DNA of 64,000 nucleotides from Plasmodiophora brassicae (Eukaryota): NCBI GenBank assembly GCA_036867785.1, contig CP145409.1, positions 372,001 to 436,000 of the forward strand, read 5' to 3'. Shown piece by piece: positions 1 to 12,004 of this stretch (position 1 is its first letter; each line of letters starts with the position of its first letter). The notes under the pieces were generated by a model. It saw only the letters and a program-made list of their open reading frames with translations, ran no database searches and was not told where the DNA came from. The position numbers and the translations under genes were made by a program.

Positions 1-1150
1 CTGACAGCGCGCGTCAGTTGTGCCACAGACCAGCATTGCTGTCGCGCTACAGGGTAAGTCGGTCGGTGAGGTCGCTTCGGGGGCGGCCCGCGGCAGGGCG
101 CGTCATGGGCGGGAGGCACCGGTGCCGACTCAGGAACCCGGCGATCGCCTCGACGGACATCATCATGTTGACCGCGGTCGTATCCGTCTGGTCGGCGCGG
201 CGCAACGGTATCGTGACGACGCCGACCAGGTTGCCGTCGGTGCAGAACACGCCGCCACCTGGCGATCGATCCCCGGTTGGCGGTTGTTGTGTCGTCAAGC
301 GACCGCATGGAACAACCTTCTGACCCCGGCAGGCACCTGGCGTCGATGGTCTGCAGGCACCCTGGGCGGATCGTATTGCCGACAACGCCTTTCGACACGC
401 CGTTCTGCATTGCCGCTGGGCAGAACAGCCCGAACGGAGAACTGACCGCGCACACGTCCTGCCCATGGTCCCCCGAACGCCCTAACGTCACCGGGCGCAC
501 GCCCTGCCGCCAACGGACGCGTCAGGGACGACTGAACACACACACACGCGCCTGCCTGCGAGAACGCAGCCGTACAGCTGGTTGGGAAACGTCGGCAGTG
601 ACAACGGCCAGCGCTGCCGGCGACATCAGGTTGTTGACGGCGTCGTTGGATGACGACGCGTACCGCCAGCCGACGGTCCACCCGATCGTCTGCTCCATGA
701 TGGCGCGAAACGCGTCATCGACACAGCTGACCTGTTGGGTGCGATAGTCAGGGCTGAATCGGGCGGCCAGTCCAGAGCGGGTGGACGGACACGACCAACG
801 GCGTCGAGCCGGCAATCGACGGGGTCGGGATGGCCGGGCAGGACGGCCACAATGCCGATATCGTTCTTGTTGAACAGCGACAACGCCGACGCGTTGCAGA
901 GGATTCGAATATGGGAGCGGTTCGCGCCGATCACGATGCCGCTGACGCTGATCGTCGTGCGGCCCGTCCTCCTGGGCGACACTGGTATCAAACCGGGCAC
1001 ACTGTGTCAGGTATCCCCAACTGGCGCGGACGATATGGAGTAGAATGGCAGCGTCGTGCGCAAGCTGGCAGGGCATTCGCCCGTGATTCGAACGAGGACG
1101 CAGGACGTGCGCGGATCAGACGCAAACGTCGTGGTCGCTTTGGCCTCCAT
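1..1150 (-). CDS. DEG15: Peroxisomal/glyoxysomal processing serine protease (DEG15/TYSND1-like), multi-exon, runs off the window's left edge
   Basis: Minus-strand exons read MEAKATTTFASDPRTSCVLVRITGECP..., TISVSGIVI, DVCAVSSPFGLFCPAAMQNGVSKGVVGN, DARCLPGSEG|GGVFCTDGNLVGVVTIPLR, matching DEG15/TYSND1 motifs (SPFG..P..F.N.VS.G, DARCLPG.EGG.VF). ATG at 1150. Confidence 0.75.
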
Positions 1151-1890
1151 AACGATCGTCTTCCCCCGCAAGCAGGCTGCTCCAGGTCAGTGACGGTCGA
1201 GATTCGAGCCAACGTCGGTGGTCACACACACACACACACACTCAGGCAGCTGGGCTTCGCGACCCCGATGTCGAACATCGCCAGCCAGTTCGAAGGCTGC
1301 AACGAACGATGGACGAATTGTGGGCGCAGTACGTGGAGGGTCGACGAAATAACCGGTATACCTCACGCGGGTATCGCTCGAGTTCACGGAGACGGTGGTA
1401 ATGCACGTCACCTGCGATTGACTCGAACCGTTGATGATCGCGGGATTGGCACGTGCTATACGCTTGAGTGAGTTGCACTGGTAAACGTTATCGCAGAACG
1501 CGCCACAGCAGGTATCGTTATGGCTCAGGAGGGGCGTATGCTTGTTTGACTGAGCCCATCCCGTCCGCGAGCCTGTCGATCGCAGGAGATGCTTCGGGTG
1601 TAGCAGGCGTAATCACGGCGGGGCTTTCGCCCCATGAGCTTAGAGTATAGGGATGGACGCTCAGGAAGGCAGGTTGCCTGGGATATTGGACTGCACGACC
1701 GGTCGCAGCCAGACCAAGAATGCAGGCACAACAAGAAAACAGTAGAAGAGGTGCCACGAAGACGGCTGGCTCGAGCAGGCCAACGAGCGGGTTTTACATA
1801 TCGTATAATCTTTACTGGTCTATAGTAGTACCGTGTACACACCAGGTAGATAACCGGGTAGTTCACGTGAAACTAGGTTCATAGGTAGGT

Positions 1891-4800
1891 CTATGACGAT
1901 GTCACCAAAGACAGTCGGCGTTGCTGGAAAATCGCTGTTTTGACGTCACTCTGCGTTGCAGACGCGTGGTATAGGACCATGGAGAACTTGCCGATGATAA
2001 CACTGAGCATTAGGTCCCTGCGGAGAACACTGTTGAGCGGATCGGAAAGCAAGCGCGACGGCAATCGCAGCATACGTGAACAGGTTATTGACGATAATCA
2101 TATAGGAAATGAAAAACCAGGCTGCATTCCATCCTTTAGCGATGATGCTTGCGTACATGAGTGTATGCCAGTTCTAAAGTGACCCATTAGGCAAAGACCC
2201 CCAGTGACCAGTGACTCAATTTACGTACGTCCTTAACCAACATCTGCAGAAGTGACAGTGCGCTGCGAAACATATTGTCAAAGTCGATGGCCGGACGAAC
2301 ATCAGCAGGCAGCAGATCGAACTGCCCTTGCAGGATGAGGACTCCGATAACGGCATATACATAAATAACAAGAAGCAAGATTATGACAAGTTCTCGGAAC
2401 TCAGGGATCACCCGGACGAAGACGAACAGCATATGACGGGCAAACTTTGTACTTGTAAAGATTCGCACAGTGGGCAGTACCAGATACAACCGGAAGATAT
2501 CCTGATGCTGGCCATACGTGAACGTAAAGCCCGACATGCATTGACATATGAAAGTGCCAACGAGCGAGATGGCAATAACGGCCGCTTCAATTCGATGCGA
2601 AAACTGAATTTCATCGACATCTGGGCCCGTGTTATAAGACGAGTAGTTCCAGTAAACGGCGGCAGTGTACGCCCAAATTTTAAGCGATACCTCGATAACC
2701 GAGAACAGAAGCATCGCAATGCAGAGCATGTCAACCATGGCAGGTTGTTCAACCACGCCGTACAGTGAGACAATACTAATCAAAAGGATCGTGAACGCTT
2801 TTACGACGTCATGGTAGGCCTGAGTGTCGAAGAATAATACCCGAAGCGCAAGAAGCCACCCGTATTGTTGAGAAACAGGACTGCTCTGCTTGACGTCTAA
2901 AAGAAACGCCTTCTCAACGCATCTGACAAATTCATCGAGACTAAAGTAGTCCAGCCCAGGCTCGACATGAGGACTGGGATCAAGAAGTCCTGTACCCGAG
3001 GACTTACCAACCTTGCCAACGACACTGCCACCTACGCTGGGTCGCGATTTGCGGCCGCGCGCCATGGCAAGTAGGTTAGGTGGAACGTCGGGGACGGTCT
3101 GCGCAACGGCTTCAGGGATGACAGACATTGAACTTCTCGGCAGACCAAGTTCTGTAGCCAGCGACATTCGAGCAGGATGGTTAACGGTAGAGCCAACCAC
3201 GGGTGGCAGCCGCTGAATGGCTGGGCTGGCATTTGCGGCGTCCCGCTTATTGACGACGACACTCCTGCGAAACGGCGGCGAAATGCCCGATGGCCCGAGC
3301 AATCCACCTGGCGTTAAACTGCCGCCCCTGTGCATCCCGGTGTCATGTTTCGCTACACCAAATGATGGAGTTAGGACAGCGGATTGCCGAGCAGAAACGT
3401 CACTCTGCCGGATATCAGCTGGCTCTGGATGCGGTACAGAGACATTGACAACGGTTGACGTTCGACCAGCAGACGTTGGGGCAGACGCAGGACGGACAGT
3501 GACGGATCCTCGCGAGACACCGTTTCTTGATCCCGTCATTGGATCAGTAGTGAGCGTTGATTTTCGCACTGGGGTGGACATCGTCGTCGGCTGACGTATT
3601 TCGTCAATAACCCCATCAGCCTGCTCGACGGACAGTCCGGTTCGGGCGAATTGCAGAAAGTGTCTGACATCAGAAACGGCCAGTTGATTGTCTTCGTCGA
3701 AATCCAACAGAATGAAAGCGGCCAGGATCCCCGACCTCGAGTACACGCTTTTGTACGAATGGTGCCGGAGCTTCTGTTGTTCGAACGACGATGTCAGCGT
3801 ACCGATTGTCAGGCCCCAAACGAAATGGTTCCCGACTAAGAAAACGAACAGGAACAGCACAGCGTACAGCGGGTCTACCGCAGTAGCGGGATAGAACACT
3901 TCGCTGAAATTATTCGTTCCCGTCAGAAATATAAAGCAGGCTGTGAGTGACCGGACAATGTTGTCGAAGCTTGAGCTGAGGACGTCAATATTAATTACGA
4001 GACGGAAAAGAACAAGAAACAGGCATGAAATAGCGACGATCACATAGAGGTAAAGGACAAAGACTTTGAGGGCGTCCATCAGGGTTCGGGCGAACAGTTT
4101 CAAACCCTCTTGGCACTGGCTGTTGACAAATAGGTAGAGTAGCGGTCGCAGCGGAAAGAAATATTCAATGCTACGATTGCTTGAGACTATGACGATCCAG
4201 TCAATTAAGATGACGGAATAGGTAAGAACAAGTATGACGTCTCCTAATTGTAGACGAGTCGGAAGCGCTTCTTTCAGGGCAGATTCCCTGATTACAGGGT
4301 CCGCTGTTGATCGCCAGGCCCGAACCCAAGTATACTTTGTGAGCAATCGTGCAAGGATGAAAAGAAACTCGGACAGCAAGCATACACCTTCAATTATCTG
4401 GACAGATAGAGCGACTCCTTGCGTCAACATGGCATCGGATGATACCGGTTTCGCGAAGGTTAACGCCAAGTGGAACACAATAACAATGGCCAGTACCTGT
4501 TTGACTATGGAATTTTGAATCAAACGGTAGATACGCAGAGGCATCCCTGATCTATGGTTCTCAAGAAGGCAGATGTGAAGGACATTTAGACCATTGTTGC
4601 CTACAGTGAAGTGATATCAACGCACCAATCGTCAGATCATGATTACATACACACTCACTGTCTTGAATATGGCGACAGGCCCTGCTCCATGCATGGTAAC
4701 GGAACTCAGTACTGTCAATCGGTTGGTTCAAACGGTGACGCGACGCTGACTCGTCGCGAAGCCACGACGACGATCGGGCATCCTGGATTATCGGTTCTAT

Positions 4801-7800
4801 TGCAGTCTGATCAAGGAATCAGTAAGCGAACCCTGCCAGGCAAGCAGATAACAGCATACCTTGAAAGCATCCAGCTGCGTGAACTTCCCCGGCTTGTTGA
4901 GTTTCGCTTGTCGAATCGACTGCAGCAGGTTGACCTGGGAGCGACTTTGCTTGCGTTCGACGTTAAGAGCGTCAGTCAGCCAAGAATACGCCTTCCCAAT
5001 AATCCAGTTCATGGAAAAGAGCAACGTAACGATAATGACAACGCCTGACAGCGTTCGGGTATGCGCGTCATCAACATCTCCGACAAGGGTCATCCGGGGC
5101 ACCATCGCAACAGCGAGCCAATCGTTTCCATTTCGTGCGGCCTGGAGTGTCGAACACCAGGTCATCGGCTGCGTTTGATCCCTTGCAATTTCCCCATTTC
5201 CATTCGCTGGCAGCGAGCGAGGGTTCGCGACCAGTAATGTGGCAAGACTTCGGACCCGAGGGTCACTTGATTGCGTCGCATCGGATAACACCTCCTTTGA
5301 GTTCGAAGCGGCTACCAACCCGTACCGTACGTCATCGTAAGCCGTATTTCGCTCAAGAATGAACACTGATGCGTCCGCAGATGTCATAGACGCCAGTTGT
5401 GTCAAACCGGATTGAATGATGCCGATGTCCGTTTCAATTGTGACATCGGTAGCGTTGGACGAAGAAGGTAGTTGAGACCGGTAACTAAGTCCAGGCCGTC
5501 CATCCATCAAGACGGCGTTGTTGAATGGGTCGAGTACAGTGTTGCAGAAAACATCGACGACCGCTGATCCAGACAGCTTTTCAACGCAGGTGCCCGTCTC
5601 AGAAACGAGCGTGGAACCGTCTGCGGTCATGCCCCGCACCGATCGATCCGGCAACCTGAAGTAGACAGACGAAATTGCCCAGGATCCCCACGCAGGCATA
5701 ACGACATTGTTCAAGAGGTGGTCAACATTGACCGTGCTGGACAGCGAGAACGACGCTGAGCGGATTAACGAGGCCGCCTGTTTCTGCTTGCGAAGTATCG
5801 TCTGAACAGTACCAGCAACGCCCTGCGCAATGGTGAACATGACCAAGTCGATTTGCCGGCCATCACTGGAGCTAGTGTAGCCGGTCCATGTGAGCCAGAC
5901 CAGAATGGTTGCACAAACGAGACCGACCAGAGCCCATCGCCTATATCGATTATTCCGTACCCAGCGAGGTGCGTTTCTCTGCGAAACAACCCGATAGACC
6001 GACGTAGCGAATACCGCGCAGAACAACACACCTGCAGCGAATAGCCCATAGATGTACCAGTCTGGTGCGACCTGACTGATAGATGACCGGTCGTGCGCAA
6101 CATAAACCTAAACGTAGGAGGATATGAGACTGAGCAGTCAGCCCGACAATGGTTTCCTACCAGGTCCCCCATGGCAGAACGCGAGAAAACAACCGGGGCG
6201 TGGGTGTACTGGCCCAGCTTCATCGTGTCCGAATTGTAGATCAACGAGCCTTGTAGCGCAGCAGATGTCCACTGTGGCTGCGTTGCTGCCAGAACAACGC
6301 CGGTCGACTTCTGAATAAGCATAACATCGCCCGTACGTCGGTTGTCGCTAGCTGCGAGAAGCGAGGACGATACGAGAGACAGCGGAACGTCGACACGCAC
6401 GCAACCAGTCATGCGACTCGCGTTGGAATAGTTTTGGACACTCTTCCAAGGTGACGCCACTGATATGCCGTACTCACTGGCTTCGGAACGACCGTTGGGT
6501 ATTACAGCAATAATGGAGGGGGACCAAATTGCTCTCGTCGGTCCCGAACTAGTTGCGTTAAGCAAGCACCCCATCAAAAGAGCAGTGCCATCCATACGTG
6601 CAGCAACCTGGCCGGTTGACCAATCAGAGTCTCCAGCAAACAAGTATCTTCCATCTTCGAACGCCATGGTTCGCGCAGCGTTCGGAAACGTGGACGCTTG
6701 ACTGGTCAACATCGATGCAGCCAGGGCGTCGCCATACCCAGCCAACAAGGCAGAAGTAGTTTGTGCTGCTATTTGCTGATCAATTATAGCACCAGCCACA
6801 GCTTCTCGAGCAACCCTCTGCATAGCATTAGTGGAAACCTGCGAGGTTCCTTGCAAAGATTTAAAGAATGCATCCGAACACGAGAAAGATAACCCTCCAA
6901 TGCCTGCCAACGCGACAAGAACAACGACCACAGTTAACACATATATCGTGGCCGTGATTGAAATTGAGGTAGGAGTGGGCAGTGGTTGCCGAGTGCCGGG
7001 ATGTGGGATGATGTGTGGTAGGGTAATCCCAGCGTAAGCATTGAGCTTCTGAGACTTCCGACGATGATGGTTCCCCGTCATCAGGGACGGCCTTCTGTAG
7101 AGCATGACAGCCAGAAGGTTGTCAATCTTGTTGAGGAACCCTTCCCCAACTGCAGAATTCGGTTGCACTTCAAGGTCACGCATCAGCATGATGGTGTTCG
7201 CGGTTTGGGAGAGCAACAAGCAAACATCAGCACCATACGAGCGCATCATTGCATCTGGCCTCCGGAACAGAAAGGTGCACATGCGCTGATACTTCTGCTG
7301 TTCATCTCGGTTCGGCGTAGTTCCCTGACAGACCGTCGCCAGCAGATTGGCATTTGAAGAGTTTCGAACAGACGTTTGGAATTTGTCGAAGAACATTCGA
7401 AACTGGGCATTGCATGCTTCTTTTTCGCTGGACATCCACTGCTGCGTGAACACGGATTTCAAATCCAAGCATGAGAAGTCGGCATTCCGAATCCTCCTGC
7501 GTTGTGCTCGCTCATAAAGTCGAGCCTGATACAGCGCTTTGAAGAGCATATTAGAATTGGCGGGTACTGGCGATCCAGCGCCCATCGGCGTCGGTGTTGA
7601 CGATGATATCAGCTTTCCAGCGGCACTGAGCGCTGAAGCAGTTCGACAGTGTCGTCGATGAGGGCTCGCCTCGTTGTGGCTGGCCGCCGATGCGACTTCG
7701 GTGGCTCGCTCAGACGGAGGTGCAAACGTCGCCAGGAAATCCCATATTCCCATCTCATCGAGAAAATTCAACGCACATACAACCTTCCTGATATCTGTCA

Positions 7801-8026
7801 GCGAATGCTGAGCTGTTAAAGTTGTGGCCGAAACGGGAGGCGACCGTCCCCCAAGCTTAGCCGTCTGTTGGCTCTGCAGCGGCCGTCTCTGAATCGATTT
7901 TAACGCGAAGGCTGCGACGCCGAGCCCGAAGCTGTCCAGCTCAACGTCGCCCGAGTCCGCCTGAACAGAGCTGGGCCCGATCGCGACCGGCACCGATGTT
8001 CCATTGCCGGCGCGCTCAGGAAGCAT
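1891..8026 (-). CDS. Large membrane protein: N-terminal cytosolic domain + 2x (TM-dCache-like-TM) + two-pore-channel-like module with EF-hand-like linker
   Basis: ORFs 5765..8035, 4797..6029, 2187..4544, 1946..2158 and 1891..2073 join in frame through GT-AG introns at 6108-6160, 4807-4859, 4601-4658, 2174-2228 and 2018-2075 (53-58 nt). Spliced CDS is 5859 nt. TPC hallmarks: FDNIVRSLTACFIFLTGTNNFSEVFYP (pore I), AAFILLDFDEDNQL (EF-hand-like), FDNMFRSALSLLQMLVKD|NWHTLMYA (pore II). Confidence 0.75.
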
Positions 8027-8350
8027 GGCTGACAAACCTATATGTCATATCGCGTACCGTACCCCAAACGATCATGTGCCGCTTCATAACGACGACGCAA
8101 TCGGGTCTGTTCGTTTGGACCGCGTCCCCGGCACTGCAAAAGGAGTTCTGGCGGCTTGTTTGCGTCATCGTTTTGCGTTGACGTGAGCGTGGACGCGAGG
8201 TGCGAACTCCGCCACGGCATGGCCATGCATCATGCATGTGCCCCTGCGGGCCCCCCCAAACAACGGGGTACGTCGTCCGTGCGGACTTGAGAGGGGCACC
8301 TGCACTAGGGGAAACGGCAGTGAAGATTTCCGCGGTGGATACGTCGTCGC

Positions 8351-10314
8351 ATGACTCTCAGGCGATCGGTGACGTTGCCATGTCCGGGGCTAGTCACTAT
8401 ACACGTCGACAGCAAGCCGCGTAACGCCGTCGACGTAGACCTGTTGTGCGAGGGGGCATCATGCCGTCGCCTGTACCTGCAACTGGGCGTACACGTTCTT
8501 CTCGGGGTCGCATGGGTCTTCGCCGTTTGCCTCACGCTGTTCATCATATCGTTGACCTGGGCGGTTCTGTTCCTGGAGCCTATTGCGCAACCACACCGAC
8601 CGCTGATGCCCGCATCCCAAATGACCGATCAGCAGCAGCTGCAGGCATTGTCGGCATCAGCAGAGTTCGGACAGTCGATCCTCCAGACCGCGCTCTACGA
8701 CTGGAAGTCGGGTGACGAAGTCCAGACGGTGATTAACGGGATGCTGTCCAAGTACGGGGTCCCCAGGTCGCGGGTTCACACATTCGAAATCAAGCCTAAA
8801 TCGATGGGCCCCACCCAGATCAACACTGTCGCGCCGTTCGTCCTCAACCTGGTCGGGCACAAAGACGATTCGTTCGAGTTCGACGGTGAAGTTAATGTTC
8901 CATTTGCGAAAGCCGATGTCGAGGTCCTGGGACTCCGCGGGTCATTCAAGAATGTCGGTAGCAAGTCAAGGGTGACGCTAGTAATCCCGAAGGACATTCA
9001 CGATGTTGGCGTCCAGTTCAAGTCCATCGACGCGCTTGCATTCGATGGCCAGCATCGTTCCCGGATGCAACGGTCGTTCATGAATCTGCTCGGGCGCATG
9101 TATCCTGGGACCGTCAAGCCTATCGCACGGTTGCCTGCTCTGGAATCCAAACTTAGACTTCTGGAAATGGTCAACCAGGTCGGTTTCAGTTTTTTAGCCT
9201 CATGATGATGATGAACTCGACAACTTACTAAGCGTGCTGCATGTAGGTCAGCGAAGATGACCGGTACCAGAGGGTCAAGTTCGTCGCAGCGACGCACCTT
9301 AACAATGACCAGCACCAAGGTGAAGACGTCATTCGGCAGCGGATTCGTGCTGATCAAGAACGGGCTTTCAAGCACGTCCCAAAGGGGTATGCGCGAGGTG
9401 CTGATGGCACTATGCATGTGCCCGAGGCTTTTAAGAGCCTATCGCGGGAGCAGCGCGAGACGAGTCTCGCATCGTGGACGGCACTCTATCAGAAGTTCAT
9501 GTACACGTTCGCCTTGGACGATAACTCTATGCACATGGTTCGGAAAACGATTGTTGCCATCTGTCAAGAGGAATTCCTTGGCGTTAAACCCGTTCTACGT
9601 TCACTGGATCTTGGCATCCGTTCCTCGGAGTAAGATACGCCCATGGTTGCACCGTTATTCCATGTGCAATGCTAATTTGTTGCACAATCAGGGACGTACT
9701 TGCAGTCCGCTTGCTGCCTTTTCAGGACCCTCGCCCGTTCACTTATAAGACGTGGTTCGATTGGGAAATTCCCAACTTCTGCATGCGTCTGGGCCTGGAT
9801 GGCTTTAATGGCGGGTCGTACATGGAATTCGAGGTAGTCGCCGCTTCGTATCACGACGTTCCCACGGGTTAACATATCAGAACAGGTGTCGAACATTGCT
9901 ATGCGCGGCCCAGCGACTGTGCAAACGATCCACCCTCTACTGATGCACCGGTCGTACGCAACGTTGCAATTCGATGCCGTGCCAGCGATCACGTTCGACT
10001 TCCGCCTTGACCACGATTCACTGCATCTTTTCCATTCCCGGCTGCCGGCAAACTTCTTTGGAGTAAACGTTCGGGCTACCGTGCTGGACACGTTCACAAC
10101 GCTCCTCGCCCGACCGCTGGTCGCGAAGATGCTCTCGCTGGTGTTCACGTCGTGCACGTATCCGAACACGCTGTCCGTCCCATGGATCACGGACCCGTCC
10201 AAGCTCCTGTTCTCGTCGGACGACCACCAGAAGATCTATCGAGCTCTGCGCGTCAAGCTCTGGAGGGTGCAGACCCGGCAACTGAACGTCACGATTGACG
10301 GGACAGCGTACTAG
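8351..10314 (+). CDS. Membrane-anchored protein with putative tandem SMP/TULIP lipid-transfer-like domains (paralog A), multi-exon
   Basis: ORFs 8351..9205, 9412..9633, 9669..9872 and 9886..10314. N-terminal TM, LRSLDLG motif, C-terminal F.FD...YPNTLSVPW typical of SMP domains. Clear paralog at 19.5-21.5 kb. Confidence 0.5.
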
Positions 10315-10498
10315 ACTAGATTAACATACATTTTAAGCCCAATGAGTAATACACACGCTAGCGTACTACACGTTTGTATAACAGCTGTAAACAATAGTGA
10401 AGGAGCGGCATTATTACTGTTTCTAAAACGAGCGGTATTAATTAATAATTGAGGTGATGAAGGGCGGCGTCATTTTTTCCGGCGTCGGCCAACGCCGA

Positions 10499-11947
10499 AT
10501 GTCGATTCTGTTCCTGATTGCGGGCGCGCTGATCAGCGCCGTCATCTGGCTGCGATGGGAGGCGCCGCGCCGACCCAGGCATGATGTCGCGTTCTTCCAT
10601 CCGTTCTGGTACGTGCGTGCCTGCGTCGTGCGATCCGGAGCCGGTTGCTGACGACGGCGCGCGGGGGGCAGTGCGGGGGCCGGCGGCGGCGAGCGCGTCC
10701 TCTGGCACTGTATCAAAGCGCTGCAGGCGCGGTATTCGTCATCGATTTCGATCACGATCTACTGTGCCGACGACCACACGACGACCGCGGACCGGATCCT
10801 CGCCCAGGCGCAACGATGCTTCGGCCTGGACCCGTTATCCCGCATCACGTTCGTTCCCGTTCGAGGCTGGAAGCTTATCGATCCGTCCATCTACCCTGTC
10901 CTCACCCTTCTCCTGCAAAGCCTTGGCTCCGTCGTTCTCGCCTTCGAATGCCTGGTCCGGCATCGTCCCGGGACCTTCATCGATACGACCGGGTTCGCGT
11001 TCACCTACCCGTTGGCGCGGCACATCTTCCGATGCGCTGTCATCACGTACACACACTACCCGACGATCAGCACCGACATGCTCGACGCTGTCCGGTCGCG
11101 ACGAGCGGCGTACAATAACAATGCACGAATCGCTGCGAGTTCGGCCGGCAGCGCCGCCAAGCTGAGGTACTACAGAGCGTTCGCGATGCTCTACGGGTTC
11201 GTCGGTCGCTCGGCAGATGCGATCATGGTGAACTCAGCGTGGACCCGCGATCATATTGCTCAGATATGGGGCTGCCCGGGCCGGTGCACGATCGTGTATC
11301 CGCCATGCGACACAAAGGCGCTGAGTGCGTTGCCATTGGGTAAACGTCGGCCGTGGATCGTGAGCGTTGCCCAATTCCGCCCCGAGAAGAACCACGAGAT
11401 GCAACTCGATGCCCTACATCGCGTTCTTCGCGCGCTGCCTGCACATCGACAGGAAATTCGTCTGGTCCTGGTTGGCGGCGTTCGTAACGCCGCTGACCAA
11501 CAGCGGGTCGACCTGTTGCTGAAGAAGGCAGACGATCTGGGGATCAGGAGTTCGATTGACGTGCACACGAATGCGAGCTTCGACACGCTCGTGTCTCTAC
11601 TGGCAGAATCGTTCATCGGGCTGCATACGATGTGGAACGAGCACTTTGGCATCGGCGTCGTCGAGTACATGGCCGCCGGGCTAGTCGCTGTGGCACATAA
11701 TTCGGGCGGGCCGCGATCGGACATCATCGTGCCCAGTTCGGGGCCCGACGCCGTTGGCTATCTGGCTGACGATTCCAGCGATGCCTTTGCGGACGTTCTC
11801 GTTGGCGTTCTGCGACGCCTCCTGGACGGCGGGGACGAGCAAGTCGGTCTTCGCGAACGCGGCCGCCGTCGAGCGCACACGTTCTCGGACGAGGCGTTCC
11901 AGCGCGGGTTCCTCCGCTGTGTCGAACCCGTCCTGCAAACGCAGTGA
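10499..11947 (+). CDS. ALG11: GDP-Man:Man3GlcNAc2-PP-Dol alpha-1,2-mannosyltransferase
   Basis: N-terminal TM; FFHPFC|AGAGGGERVLW across an intron at about 10609-10671; YTHYPTISTDML, AQFRPEKNH and HTMWNEHFGIGVVEYMAAG motifs. Confidence 0.95.
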
Positions 11948-12004
11948 TCTCGCAGGGTCCTTTGCCGCCGTTAGAATATTCAGATAAACGTATTCGGTTT
12001 CATA

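Noticed and set aside
1221-1241. (CA)n microsatellite; also 536-548 and (CT)n near 62954-62970
   Set aside because: Ordinary short simple repeats.
1200-1860. Short ORFs between DEG15 and the channel gene, including signal-peptide-like 1518..1757 (-)
   Set aside because: That ORF starts at GTG with an upstream in-frame stop and no ATG; no consistent exon chain could be built.
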